Assembly: GCA_044371005.1 (NCBI GenBank)
Contig: JBILUL010000007.1
Location: 494-64,493, forward strand
DNA: 64,000 bases
Reading direction: 5' to 3'
From: Phycisphaerales bacterium
GTDB lineage: Bacteria > Planctomycetota > Phycisphaerae > Phycisphaerales > UBA1924
Shown here: positions 48,028 through 60,900 of the stretch, one piece after another
Position numbering within the stretch: the first letter of the stretch is position 1
Layout: every line of letters starts with the position of its first letter
Translations under genes and position numbers: made by a program
Notes under the pieces: model-generated
The model's database searches: none
Told to the model about the DNA's origin: nothing
What the model saw: the letters and a program-made list of their open reading frames with translations, nothing else

Positions 48028-48093
48028 TGAAACCTCCCACGCCTCTGCGTGGGATCGTGGATGCCCATGGGGCATGGATTGTGGGAGCAAAAG

Positions 48094-49515
48094 ATGTTCA
48101 GAGACGGTCAGTTGAGTTGGCGTGAAGGACTCTTTCTGCAGCAGCATCACATGCAGCTGATGCAGCGGCTCGTCGCCGATCAGTTTGTCGCCGAAAGGGC
48201 CGGGGCGATCCACCACCCAAGGGGCGTGATCACGGCTGTACTCGACGAAACGGAACTTCGGGCAGGTCAAGTCGCATTCAAGGCCCTTCATGCCGTCATG
48301 CCCAGCGGCGTCGAAGTCTTTCACGGGCATAACGCGAAAATCCTGCCCTTCAACATCAGTAACGAGCTTCGAGCCCGTGGCGGCGATGTAACGGTCTTCC
48401 TCGCAGTCCCCCGTCGCCAGAACTCCGGACGAAATGTCGCCGAGTCCACAAGCCGCGTCGACGCGATTGAAGTCAAGCACATCTTCCGCGCTGGCATCCA
48501 GCAGGTCGAGGACTATGTAACCGGCGGAAACCGGCAGGAGGTCGAGGTTCACAGCATCAATGCGTGGCTCACTTCTCGCGAGGATGATCGCCAGAACATG
48601 GAGTATCTGCCACTGCTCAAGGTGTCCCAGCAGGCAGCCGAGGCCGACGGGTCTCCGGCCATGCCAAGGGAGAAGCCCGATTACATCCCCCCGATCCTCC
48701 TCGTCAGCGGCTCACGCGCTTTCCAGGGCAGGCTCCGGCAGTTGATCGCCGCGATCGCACAATCACGCCAGGTTCTCTTCAAGGAACTTCGGGCGTACAA
48801 CCCCGAAGAGCCCTTCAGCCCCAAAGCGGTCCGTCCGATGCTTCGGCTCTGCCATCTGAACGCGGCGATGGGGTATCTTTCGACGGTCGTTGAGACTCCA
48901 AGTGTCACGCCCATCGAGATTTACCACTACCTTCGTTCGTTGCTGGGCAATCTCGCCGCGTTGCATTGTTATGGTGCCGGTGAGGACTATGCCGAGGACG
49001 CCGCCAAGGACCCCGCCGCGGCACCTGCGTACAACCACGACGACCCGAATCTATGGGTGTTCGAACTGTTCCGGAAGTTCAATCCCAAACTGCTGGTGGG
49101 TGATATCACGCCCCATTTCCGCGAGTTGCGATTCGAACCCCGAGAGAAGCAGTTCATGGCCCAGCTCGACCAGAAGGTCTTCTCCGAGGGCAAGGAATTC
49201 TTCATCGGCATCAAGAATCCCAGGCAGCACCGCGATACCTATCGCCAGATCGTGGAGGCGCCGCACAACTTCAAGCTCGTTCCGGATGCCTCCCGAACCA
49301 GTCCTTTCTCGGGGGCGCAGTTACGTCTGGTCGACGACCCGCCGGGCGACCTCCCGACCGATGGAGAATGGGTCTTCTTCATCATCGAGCGAGAGCGGGA
49401 ACGACGCGTCTGGCAGCAGATTCAGCAGGATCCCACCCGCAGGGTCTGGATTGTCCCCCCTGCCGGCGAACCCACTCTTGCATCAGCACAATATTCATTC
49501 TTTGTGACGATCTGA
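48094..49515 (+). CDS. tssK: T6SS baseplate protein TssK
   Basis: ATG at 48094 follows GGGAGC. The N-terminus MFRDGQLSWREGLFLQQHHMQLMQR matches the TssK signature (v.W.eGmfL.PQHfQQ.dr). About 470 aa. Confidence 0.85.
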   Translation: MFRDGQLSWREGLFLQQHHMQLMQRLVADQFVAERAGAIHHPRGVITAVLDETELRAGQVAFKALHAVMPSGVEVFHGHNAKILPFNISNELRARGGDVTVFLAVPRRQNSGRNVAESTSRVDAIEVKHIFRAGIQQVEDYVTGGNRQEVEVHSINAWLTSREDDRQNMEYLPLLKVSQQAAEADGSPAMPREKPDYIPPILLVSGSRAFQGRLRQLIAAIAQSRQVLFKELRAYNPEEPFSPKAVRPMLRLCHLNAAMGYLSTVVETPSVTPIEIYHYLRSLLGNLAALHCYGAGEDYAEDAAKDPAAAPAYNHDDPNLWVFELFRKFNPKLLVGDITPHFRELRFEPREKQFMAQLDQKVFSEGKEFFIGIKNPRQHRDTYRQIVEAPHNFKLVPDASRTSPFSGAQLRLVDDPPGDLPTDGEWVFFIIERERERRVWQQIQQDPTRRVWIVPPAGEPTLASAQYSFFVTI

Positions 49516-49716
49516 CAATCCAACACCGCGTGAAGGCTGTGCATGACCGCAGCAGGCACCGGTTGAACCGCAGTTCGGACATAGATACCATCGGCGGCGA
49601 ACCAGTGTCCGGTAGAGGGACCTATTCGCATCGGAACAGGACGGCCTAAGCCGCGTTTGAGGGCGATGTTCAATCACAATCCATTTGGTTTCAGCATCTG
49701 ACGACTGAGGAAAACA

Positions 49717-51786
49717 ATGCAGGCAGCCACTGAATCGCATACGTTCCGTGAACTTCGGCATCCATTGGTGAACGTCGCCGCCAGAGGGTCGGTGGCATGG
49801 CTCGCGCTTGTCGCAGGCACGCTGTGCGCGTGTTCGCTCCCGGCGATGGCCCAGGAGAAGGCCGCCGCAGCTCCTGCACCGGTCCAGCCGGCAGCTGCCG
49901 CGAAGCCCGCTGCGGCTGACGATGGTCTCTTTCTCGTGTCGGTGATCAAGATCACTGCTGGTGAAGCCGCGGGCCTCCTGAGTGATTCGGATATCGCGGG
50001 CACCAGAATTGAAGTCGTGCTGGATGAAAAGACCGGGGCACTGCGTGCGGCGAAGACTGACGACGAAGGCAAGAATGTCATTCGCCACGTGCGTCTGGGC
50101 GATCTCGCGCAGCAGCCTGCCAAGTTCGATGCGACCGGCCTTCAGAAGATTGCTTCGGGTCTGGTGACAGCCTTCAACTACAAGGGGTACATGGCAGTGG
50201 CCGTGCTCCCCGCCGCGACCGATGTGAATGACAACGGCAACGACATTCGCGGCGGACGCAGCGAACTGCACATGGAGGTCCTGACCGGCACCATCGCAGG
50301 CGTTGAGGTCATTCCGATGACCGATCCGAAGGAGACCAAGCCCATCAGCCAGGCATGGGCCAAGTCGCGTCAGCAGGCTGTTGCCGCGAGGATCAAGGCC
50401 GGTTCTCCCGCGCAGCCGGGCGACCTGGTCAAGAGCGAGCCCATCGATCGCTTCGTCAATCGCATGAATCGGCACCCCGGGCGGCGCGTGGACGCTGCGA
50501 TCGCCGTAGCCGATTATCCCGGCCGCCGTGGCGACGAGAAGAAGCCTGACGCGGTCGCCGGGGCCAATCCCGTTCAGCTCAACTACATGCTCAACGAGGG
50601 CAAGCCCTGGACCATCTACGCACAGGCATCAAACACCGGCACGCCCGAAACAAGCGAGTGGCGTGAGCGATTCGGCTTCGTCCACAACCAGCTCACGGGC
50701 AACGACGACATTCTGCAGCTGGACTACATCACCGCCGCGTTTGATACGTCGAACGCAGTGCTGGGCTCGTACGACACGGCGCTGGGCAACACGGGCAAGT
50801 GGCGTGGCAAGGTCTTCGGCAACTGGTCGGAGTATGACGCGTCGGAGGTCGGCGGATCGGGCGGCGCTCCTGGGTTCCAGAACTACTCGGGCGCTGGCTT
50901 TGAGTACGGCGCGGAAGTCACCTACAACCTCGCACAGTGGGGCGATACCTTCCTCGATGCGTCGGGTGGCATCAGGTATTCTTCTCAGGAGGTCCAGAGC
51001 GACACCGGCGACGGCAACGGGCAGTTCCTCATTCCTTCCCTTGGCTTCTCCCTCAATCAGATCAACTCCGCTCAGTCGCTCTTTGCAACTGCAAAGCTCG
51101 AAGGGGATGCCATTCAGGACGATGACGAGTTTCGCGAGAGGCTCGGCCGCATTGCTCCCAGCGAGCACTGGCTTGTCTTCAAGGCTTCCGCTGACTACAG
51201 CCGCTATCTCGACGCCCAGCCGTTCGAGAAGGGCGGAACGAGCAAGGCGCACGAGATCGGCTTCTCCGGACGCGTCCAGTACGCGTTCGACGATGCCCGT
51301 CTGGTGCCCACCGAAGAGACCATCATGGGTGGTTTCTACTCCGTCCGCGGCTACGACGAATCGCTGACCGCTGGCGACAGCTCCATCTCAGCCACCGTCG
51401 AGTATCGCCTGCACATTGCCCAGCTTCTGGGCAACGGCGGCTCAAGCGAGGCCGATTCGGCTGTTCCTCGCCCCGACACTCCGGGCGCAGAATCCAGCTT
51501 CCGCACGTCAGCGAGCCTTGCTGACTGGGATCTGATTGCTCGCACGTTCATCGATGGCGCGTATGTGATGACCAACGACATCGATGCTGCGGGCACCCGC
51601 GCCTTTGAGTTCACCGATCAGAAACTGCTCAGCGCGGGCCTGGGCCTTGAACTCAGCTTCAAGCGGCGTTACTCGGCCCGCGTCGACTGGGGCGTTGTGC
51701 TCCACGATGTGGACGATGCCAACGGCACGAAGCAGGCCGAAGTCGGCGACAATCGATTCCACTTCCTCTTCACCGTCGCGTACTGA
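49717..51786 (+). CDS. Two-partner-secretion outer-membrane transporter (TpsB; ShlB/FhaC/CdiB family)
   Basis: Signal peptide ..AWLALVAGTLCACSLPAMA/QE. A POTRA-like region is followed by a beta-barrel containing HNQLTGNDDILQLDY and GGFYSVRGYDE, and ending in an aromatic-rich strand (FHFLFTVAY). Confidence 0.85.
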   Translation: MQAATESHTFRELRHPLVNVAARGSVAWLALVAGTLCACSLPAMAQEKAAAAPAPVQPAAAAKPAAADDGLFLVSVIKITAGEAAGLLSDSDIAGTRIEVVLDEKTGALRAAKTDDEGKNVIRHVRLGDLAQQPAKFDATGLQKIASGLVTAFNYKGYMAVAVLPAATDVNDNGNDIRGGRSELHMEVLTGTIAGVEVIPMTDPKETKPISQAWAKSRQQAVAARIKAGSPAQPGDLVKSEPIDRFVNRMNRHPGRRVDAAIAVADYPGRRGDEKKPDAVAGANPVQLNYMLNEGKPWTIYAQASNTGTPETSEWRERFGFVHNQLTGNDDILQLDYITAAFDTSNAVLGSYDTALGNTGKWRGKVFGNWSEYDASEVGGSGGAPGFQNYSGAGFEYGAEVTYNLAQWGDTFLDASGGIRYSSQEVQSDTGDGNGQFLIPSLGFSLNQINSAQSLFATAKLEGDAIQDDDEFRERLGRIAPSEHWLVFKASADYSRYLDAQPFEKGGTSKAHEIGFSGRVQYAFDDARLVPTEETIMGGFYSVRGYDESLTAGDSSISATVEYRLHIAQLLGNGGSSEADSAVPRPDTPGAESSFRTSASLADWDLIARTFIDGAYVMTNDIDAAGTRAFEFTDQKLLSAGLGLELSFKRRYSARVDWGVVLHDVDDANGTKQAEVGDNRFHFLFTVAY

Positions 51787-51916
51787 ACCACAGCAGCCTG
51801 AAACCGCGGCTTGCGCGTGAATCTACGCGGCGCACGCAGCGGGAAGACGTTTCAACCCTCACGACTCACACACCGCGGGCGAACCTCGCCCCGATTCTGC
51901 TCGGAGCCCACTGATC

Positions 51917-54900
51917 ATGAACGCCATGAACTCCACCTCCTGGACCAACCCCGGCCGCCAGACTCTCCCCACCCTGACGCGGGCCGTCTCGCTCCGCAAG
52001 AACTGGCTGCTCGCCTCCGCAGGCCGCGCCATTGCCATTTCCACTCTCATGGCGATGGCTGCCAATGCGCACGCCGGACCCGATGGTGCCCGCGTCGTTC
52101 GCGGCGATGTCTCGATCACCCAGAACGGCCCGAACACGGTCATTCGCGCCTCCGATCGCAGCATCATCAACTTCAAGCAGTTCAACATCGGTCGCACCGA
52201 GACCGTTCAGTTCATCCAGCCCAGCGCCAACGCCCGCGTGCTCAACCGCATCGATGGCGGGTCACCCACCCGGATCGACGGTTCGCTCTTGGCCAACGGC
52301 CGCGTCTATCTGGTCAATCCCTCAGGCGTGCTCTTCTCCAAGACCGCGGTCGTCAATGTCGGAACCCTCTTCGCCGCGGCGGGCAACATCGCCGATTCTG
52401 ACTTCATCCGTGGTCGCGACCGCTTCACCAATCTGAGCGGTCCGGTGATCAACCAAGGTTCAATCGTCGCCGGTGGCGTGGGCTTCTTCGGACAGACCGT
52501 CACCAACTTCGGCAGCATCGTCGCCGCGACTGATGATGTGATCATGGTGGCTGGGCAGGATGCGTTCGTCGGCAAGCGTGATGGCGGACTGATGGCCAAG
52601 GTCACCCCGGCGACCAGGACGTCCGACGCGGCGTCGACTGATGCGGGGGCCTCTGTAGGCAACAGCGGCACGATCAGTGCTGCTCGCGGGCGCCTCTGGA
52701 TGGGCGCATCCGATGCTGCGGGCGCTGCGGTGTGGAACTCCGGTTCGGTCAAGGCGAAGGCTGTTACTGCTCAGGCGACCGGTGCCAGCGGACAGCCCGC
52801 GGGCAACGCGACCATTGGCGGCAGCATCGATGTGTCCAACGCGGCGGGCAAGGGCGGATCGGTCGCGGTCGATGCCGGTTCAACGTCGGTTCAGAACGCT
52901 CAGATCGTCGCTACCGGCAACACGGGCGGGTCGGTCATTGTGACCGGTGACCAAGTCAGCATGATCAACTCGTCCATCGATGCATCCGGCCGCAACGGCG
53001 GCGGCGATGTGCGAGTCGGCGGTGATGCGTTCGGCAAGGGGCCGCTGCACACTGCCCAGACGACTCACATCAGCTCCGATAGTTCGATCAAGGTGGATGC
53101 CACGGTTCGCGGCAATGGCGGTACCGCCGTTGTCTGGTCCGACCAGTTGTCAAGCGTCTACGGATCCATTTCGGCTCGCGGCGGCTCAAGCGGCGGCGAT
53201 GGTGGTTTCATCGAGACCTCGAGCAAGGGGTATGTCGACATTTCCAGCAGTGGCATCACAGCTTCTGCGGCTTCGGGCGCGGCAGGCACCTGGCTGATCG
53301 ACCCCGTCGACGTTGAAATTTCCGCCGCGGGCCTCGATGATGGCCCAACGGTGAACCGTGATACGGTCGAATCGTCGCTCAACGGCGGCACGAACGTCAT
53401 CATCACAACGGCAATCGCCGGCACTCAGGGAGACGGCGACATTACGGTGACCGACTCGATCACCAAGTCCAGCGGATCCGCGGCGACGTTGACGCTGCGA
53501 GCAGCAGACGACATCCTGATCAATGCTCCGATCTCGGCCACTGGTGGCTCCGTGCTCAATGTCACGCTCGAGGCCAACAGCGCGAACCTCGGTGGTGACG
53601 ATACGGATCTCGCCGCAGGCTCAGTGCTTCTGAGCGCGCCCATCACGCTCCCGGGTGGCACATTCACCTCCAGCGGCGTGAACTTCACATCGTTCAATGA
53701 TGGTGGTGGCATTTCTTCCGCCGTATCCGCCGCGGGGATCGACATCAACCACACGGCGACGGTGACGCTGGGCGATCAGTTGCTCGCCCAGTCTGCCGCG
53801 CTGTCGGTTGGGAGCGCGACACTCGACATCAATGCTGCGATCGAATCGACACTTGGCGATGTCACGATGACGACCGATGCGATCTCGGTCAATGCCTCCG
53901 TCACGGGCGGCAACATCTCAATCCTCAATCGCTCGGGCGGAACTACGGTCGGACTTGGTGCTGGCGCGAGTACGCTGCAGCTGGGTATTTCGGAACTGCA
54001 GAATCTTTCCCCGTCTTTGCTCGGCAGCGTGACGATCGGATCGGCAACCGCTGGCGCAGTAACCGTTGGCACCCTCAATCTTGAGGCGTTCGGGGTGCTC
54101 TACAACCTGGCGATTTCTGGTGCTTCCATTTCGCTTGGGAACTTGACCGTTGATCAATCCGCGAGGCTCTCGCTCGCCGCGGCTAGCGGAGGCGTTTCTC
54201 AAACTGGTGCCCTCGTCGCGTCCAGCGTCGAACTTTCCGGGGTCGGCAACTTCATCCTGGACCGTTCCGACAACCAGATTGGCACCATCGCCGGTAGCGT
54301 GAGCGGGGATATCAGCATCCGCAACCTGAATGGAGTTGCCCTTACGGTCGATGCGGTTGGTTCCTCCAGCACGCTGGCCAGCAACGGCGGAAACATCACG
54401 CTGCGTGCGAGTTCGGTCCAGGTCGATGCGGCTGTGAACGCTGCTTCGGGAGACGTCACGATCACGACGGATGCACTCGCTGTGAATGCGGCCGTCTCCG
54501 GTAATGACATCGATGTCGTGAACGCCACGGCTACCACGACGATCGGGCTGGGCGCAGGCGCGGGAATCCTTCAACTTAATGCCGGCGAACTCGCTCGATT
54601 CGAACCGGCTCCCACTGGGACGCTCACCATCGGGTCGGCTACGGCGGGCGCAGTTTCGGTGAACGCGGTCAACCTCGCTGGTTCGTCAGTTCTCAACAAC
54701 CTTTCGCTGTCGGGTGCGTCGGTCGCGATTTCCGACCTGCTGCTCAATGGCACCTCAACGCTCACCCTCACCGCCGCGACTGGTGGCGTGACGCAGTCGG
54801 GCGCACTGGTTGCCGATCAGGTCGAACTTCTGGGCATCGGTGACTTCATTCTGGACCGTTCCGACAACCAGATCGGCACCATCGCCGGCACGGTCGATGG

Positions 54901-57900
54901 CGAGATCTCCGTTCGTAACTCGCTTTCGAGCCCGATCGCGGTGGAGTCAGTCGGCAGTTCGACATCACTTTCGAGCAGCGGCAATACCATCACGCTCGTC
55001 GGAGGAACCGTCAGCGTCAATCGTCCGCTCGATGCAGGCAGTGCCGATGTGTCAATCATCGCCTCCGATCTCAGCATTGACGGAACCAATGGCCTCGTTT
55101 CTGCGGGCCTGATCGACCTTCGCTCCAACGCCGGCGTGAACATCCGCGTTGGTGGCAGTGACGCGGCTGGCTGGGTGCTCTCGAATTCCGAGATCGCAAG
55201 GCTCGCTCCCCTGACCGGCGTGTTCATCCAGTCCGGCACGGCAGGTGCGTCGACACTCCAGATCACCGATGCCGATTTCCGCGGCATGCAGCCAGGATCT
55301 GACTCCGCATCGGTCATCCTTCGGGGCGCCGATCTTCGCATCGATGCGACCGGAGCCTTCGGCCTTCGAAGCGGACTGACCAGCACGGTCGTACTCTGGA
55401 ACACTGCGACCAGCGTGCCCGGTGCTACGACGCTTTCTCAGGCCGTCAACGCTCCGATCATCACGGCGAACCTCGGTCTCATGACTGAAGGCACGGGCGA
55501 GCTCCGCCTGCCAGCCAGCAACCAGATCTCCGGCTCGTTTGCTGGCTCCGTGGCTTACCTCAACTTGACGAGTCCTGTGACGTTGGGAACCGTGACGGCT
55601 GATCGTGTTCCTGCAGACCTGCGGGCAGGCGCACCAAGCGTTGTCAACGCCGGCACCGGCCAGATTTCGATCAGCGGCCTCTCCGGCACTCAGGTGTACC
55701 TGTGCGCTGATGACCTGACCATCAACGCCCCGATCACGTCAACGAATCTGTTCATCTGCGCCAACTCGCTGGCGATCAATGCATCGGTTTCTGCGACTTC
55801 GACCGCCTGGTTCGAGACTCTGACCGCTGGGCGGGACATCGTTCTTGGCTCGGCGACTACCGGCGGCTCGGTTCTGCGAATCGACGCGAACGAACTGGAT
55901 CTCATCAGCATCGGCGGCGGCGGATCGCTGACGTTCGGCAACCTTGCAGACCCCGGCAATCTCATCGCCTCAGGCGTCACTCGCACCGGACACGACCTCA
56001 ATCTCCTTGGCGATGGCATCACGCTGATCGGCGATCTCCAGGTGCTCGGCATCAACCGAGTGCTGCGCCTGAGCGCACAGGGCGGGGGCATCTCCCAGCA
56101 ACTCACTGGCGGAGCCATCTTCGCCTCTCGACTGCACGTTCGCTCACTCGGCGACGCATTCCTGGCCAATCCTGATAACGTCGTCGATGAGATTGCGGTC
56201 AGCGCCAGCGGCCAGCAGTTCCGCTTCCGCGGCACCTCGCAGCCCTTCTTCGGCATTCCGCCGGTCACATCGCTCACCCTGACGAGCGCTGCATCGGCCA
56301 GCTCGGTCCGCGGCGTCGATTCCAATGGTGCCGGTGGGGCCTACGAGATCACCTTCAGCACGACCGACATCTTCGGGGCGATTTCCGACGCTACGGCCCG
56401 CAGCCTGTCGGTTCGTGCGGACAGTCGCGACCTGATCCTGAACGTCCCTGTCAACGCCAGCGAGTCAGCACGCCTGATCGCGGCTGGAAATGTTTCGCAG
56501 CTGAGTACGGCGGGTATCACCACGCCGCTTCTGGGTGTCATCGCAGGCGGCTCCGTGCTGCTCTCGACCGCCAGCAACGACGTCGACTTCATCGCCGGCG
56601 AGTTCGGTGGCACGGTTGGATCCAGTCAGTGGCGATTCGAGGATACCGATGGGCTTGAGGTGTCCAACGTCGATATCGAGTCTGCTTCCCCGCAGCTCTA
56701 CCTGGGCACTTCCGGCCTGGGCACCATCGGAATTGCTTCGCTCACGAGCGGTGGTGAAATCTGGCTCAAGGCCGCAGATTCGATCGACATCAACCGCAAG
56801 CTCCTGGCGCTGGACGGCAACATCCGCATCACCTCGACCGGCGGCTATGTCCGTCAGGATCTGACCACCACTGGCAATGACGCGGCTTTCATCTCCGCTC
56901 AGACGCTCGCTGTCAGCGCCGCGGAAGTGCTTCTTGATCGCGCGGACAATGATGTGGCGGCACTCTCGGGCAAGACCACCGGCACCGGTGCGTTCGCATA
57001 CCGCGATGTGAACGATGTTGCAATCGATGTCGCGCTCGTCGACGCAGATGAGACCAACTCGCTCTTTGACGGGTCCAACGGCATCGTCACTTTTGATGGC
57101 GACATCTACATCTATTCTGGTGGGAATCTTGAGATCAACAATAAACTTGATGCGGGATCGCGCGACATCCGCATCACGTCGGGCGGCTACGTTCATCAGA
57201 ATCTGTCGCTCAACACGATCGGGCAATCTGGCGCCGCCTTCGTGCGTGCCAATCGCCTCGGTGTTCGTGCCGCTGACGACATTGATCTGGCCCGTCAGGA
57301 CAACGATGCCAGCTACTTCGCGGCAGTCACGACGAACAACACGCGGCGCATCGCCTTCCAGAATGTCGATGGGCTGACCATCGAGCAGGTCGACGCCTCC
57401 TCGGACGTTCGCCTCGCAGCACTCTTTGATCAGACCATCGGCGTGACTTCGGACGGCGGCGACGTGACCATCAAGACGCTTTCGGGCGATCTCGACCTCA
57501 ACCGCACCATCAATGCAGGCTTGGGCACGGTGCGATTGACGTCTGCCGGCTATGTCAAGCAGGATCTGGATCTGTCGACGGCGGGCACACCCAACGCGGC
57601 GAACATCATCGCCTCCAGCCTGGGTGTGAATGCCGCGGGCGAAGTGAATCTGAGCCGTCGGGACAACGATGTTGACATCCTCGCGGGCTCGGCTGGCAGT
57701 GTTCGCTTTGCCTATCAGGATGCCGACAGCCTGGTGATTTCCATCGTGCCCTATGACGTGGCGAATGTGCCGGGCGAAATCCCGGATGTGCTCTTCGCCA
57801 CGACTCGCGGCCTGACGACCAGCGATGACAATGTGACGCTCAAGAACCTCTCGGGTGATCTGGACATCAACGCCACGATCGACGCCGGAGCCGGCATCGT

Positions 57901-60900
57901 TCGCCTGACGTCCGCTGGGTATGTGAAGCAGCAGTTGACTCAGGTGGGTTTCGGCAGCGTGGAGCAAGCGAACATCATCGCGCAGGCATTGGCGGTGAAT
58001 GCTGGCGGCGAAGTGAACCTCAGCCGCAGCGACAATACCGTGACCGAACTCTCCGGCTCTGCTGGCACCGTGCGGTTCGCGTATCAGGATGCCTACGGGA
58101 TCAACGTCAACTTCATGACGAAGGACTGGGCGGTTGCTTCCGATGCCTCGTCTGATGAGCTCTTCGCCGGTTCCAACGGTCTGGCAACTTCGAACGCCGA
58201 TGTCACCCTCAAGAATAGCTTCGGGGATCTGTACCTACGCCGCGGCATCAACGCCGGTACAGGAACGGTTCGTTTGACCTCCGCGGGCTCTGTTGGGCAG
58301 AATGTCAGCCTCGCCACGATCGGTACCCCTGAAGCAGCAAACATCATCGCATCCGGTTTGGGCGTGAATGCTGTCTACGGAGTATTCCTCGCCCGCCGCG
58401 ACAACGACGTCGATACGCTCTCGGGCTCCTCGAGTGGGTCTTGGACCTTTCCGGCGGAGTCTTCGCGGTTTTCGTATCAGGACGCAGACGGAATCAACAT
58501 CAACTTCATCACTCAGGACCGGGCGGTGGCCTCCGATGCCTCGTCTGATGAGCTCTTCGCCGGTTCCAACGGCCTGTCCTCCCGGTCTGGTGTGACCGTC
58601 AAGAACCTCGCGGAGAACATCGACATCAACCGTGGCATCTACGCTGAAACCGCCGTCTTACTGACCTCCGCGGGCTATGTGAAGCAGAATCTCAGTCTCG
58701 CCACCATCGGCACCTCGGAGGCGGCGAACATCGTCGCGTACTATCTGGGCGTGAATGCTGACGGCGAAGTGAACCTCTCTCGTCGCGATAACGATGTGGA
58801 AAGCCTCTCGGGCTCGGCAGGCAGCGTCCGGTTTGCATATCAGGACGCAAACGACCTCACCATCGACTACACAACACGTGATGGCTGGTCTACCACGCTG
58901 GATAACGTGGCTCAGTCTGACGAAACCTTTGCCGGTGCCAACGGACTGGTGACCAACAACGTTGATGTGACCGTGAAGAGCCTCGCGGGGAACCTGCTCC
59001 TCCTCCGCGGCATCAACGCGGGGAGCGGCACCGTCCGCCTGACCGCGTCGGGCCATGTCGCGCAGGCTCTCAGCGTTGCTACCATCGGCACCTCGGTCGC
59101 GGCGAACATCATCGCAGGCGGTCTGGGTGTGAATGCTGGCGGCGAGGTGAACCTGGCGAGTCGCGACAATGATGTTGACGCACTCTCCGGTTCGGCTGGC
59201 ACCGTTCGGTTCGCGTATCAGGATGCCGATGGCCTGAACGTCTTCACAACGACACAGGACCGGGCAGATGCGTTGGACAACGCTTCCGACCTGCTCTTCT
59301 CAGGTGCGATCGGTCTGGCCACCGCCAACGTTAATGTGACGCTGAAGAGCCTCTCGGGCAATCTGGATATCAGCCGCCGGATCGATGCTGGCACCGGGAC
59401 CGTCCGCCTGACTTCTGCCGGATACATCAGGCAGGACCTGAATCCTGCGACAGTCGGTACTACGGACGCGGCGAACATTCTGGCGGGCACCCTGGGTGTC
59501 AATGCTGGCACCGATGTGAAGCTGATCCGCGCCGACAACAATGTGGGCGTGGTCAGTGGCACTTCGGTCGGCAACTTTGCCTACCAGGATGCCAACGGCG
59601 TCGAGGTCAGCGAAGTGAGCCCGGATGGGGACTGGCTTGACGTGATCCCGCCGCCCAACATCTTCCCGATCCCGTCGCCCACATTCGATGTGCTGTTCGC
59701 TGCGACCGACGGAATCTCAACCACCAACAGCGATATCACCCTGAAGAACCTCGATGGCAATCTGACGCTCAGCCGCGTCATCTCGGCCGGAACGGGAACT
59801 GTGCGACTCAACTCGGCAGGTGCTGTAACTCAGGGAGCGACCGCGTTCATCCAGGCAGCGAAGCTCGGCGTTCGCGCGGCAGGTTCCGTTAGCCTGGACG
59901 CGCCATCCGTCGACACTGATCTCGCGTCGGGCAACAAGGTTGGTCTGCTCTCAGTTGACATTTCCGGCGAGAACAGCAATCTCACCTATTACGAGCCTGC
60001 TTCGGCCAATGGCTTCGATGTTGATACGCTCACGGCAGATGACGACGGGCTCTTCACCGCTACCACTCAAGGCCTCCGCACTCGTGGCGGAAGCGTCATG
60101 CTTGCTGGCGGATCGGCCGCGACGAATGCCACCGGCACCGTTGTATTGAAGGCCGATGTGCTGACCGGCTTTGACACTGTCAACCGCGCCCGTCAGGGCG
60201 GCAACATCACGTTCAATGCTCCGGTCCGCGTCGGGGCCGTCGCTGTGAATGTCAGCAGTCGTTCTGCCGACACGATCGCAGTGCCGCGGTCAGTCGCGGC
60301 TGACGCGGCTGACGGCCAGGGAACGATCAGCTTCTGGAGTACGGTGGACGGAGTGAGTGCCGGAGCCAACAAGCTCAACGTGCTGACGCCGATCATCGCC
60401 GGCGAGCCCGCCGTGGGTTCTGTTAAAGAAATTCCGGTCGACACAGCGAAGATCGCGAGGATCGAGTTCCGCGGGGATGTGGGAAGTGCCACGCAGCTTG
60501 GCGGCCTGTATCTCAACGATCGGTCGAATGCGAACGGTGCAAGCAGTGCAGACATGCACCGCGAAGCGCTGGATCCGACCAGCCGCGCTCAGAACAACAC
60601 GATCCTGTTCGGTGAATTCGGAACTTCCGCAGACGCTCGCACGATTGCGGCGGGTGAATTGGTGGTTGGGCGGGGCGAAGTGGTCCAGGCGTCGGGACCG
60701 CTGAGCATCGCTGCGAACAGCATCATCCTGGGTGATATCGGCGTCCTGGGCGATTTCCGTGTCACCACAGGGACCACCGATGGAAAGCTGGACATTCAGT
60801 TCCGTACACGCCGGACAAGCCGTACCGGTGGCAAGTACGTCGGCGGCGTGGATGTTGTGGCGTTGAAGACGGCCGATAAATCGACAGACGGTGCGGTGAT

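Noticed and set aside
56465-57967. 500-aa minus-strand ORF inside tpsA. Similar long antisense or off-frame ORFs occur at 49495..50475, 44270..46297, 42734..44188, 38648..39730, 32526..34136, 20492..21511, 6610..7581 and 17348..18226
   Set aside because: Each lies fully inside a gene with clear family motifs on the other strand or frame. They are Arg/His/Pro-rich with no recognisable domains, typical of open antisense frames in high-GC DNA.
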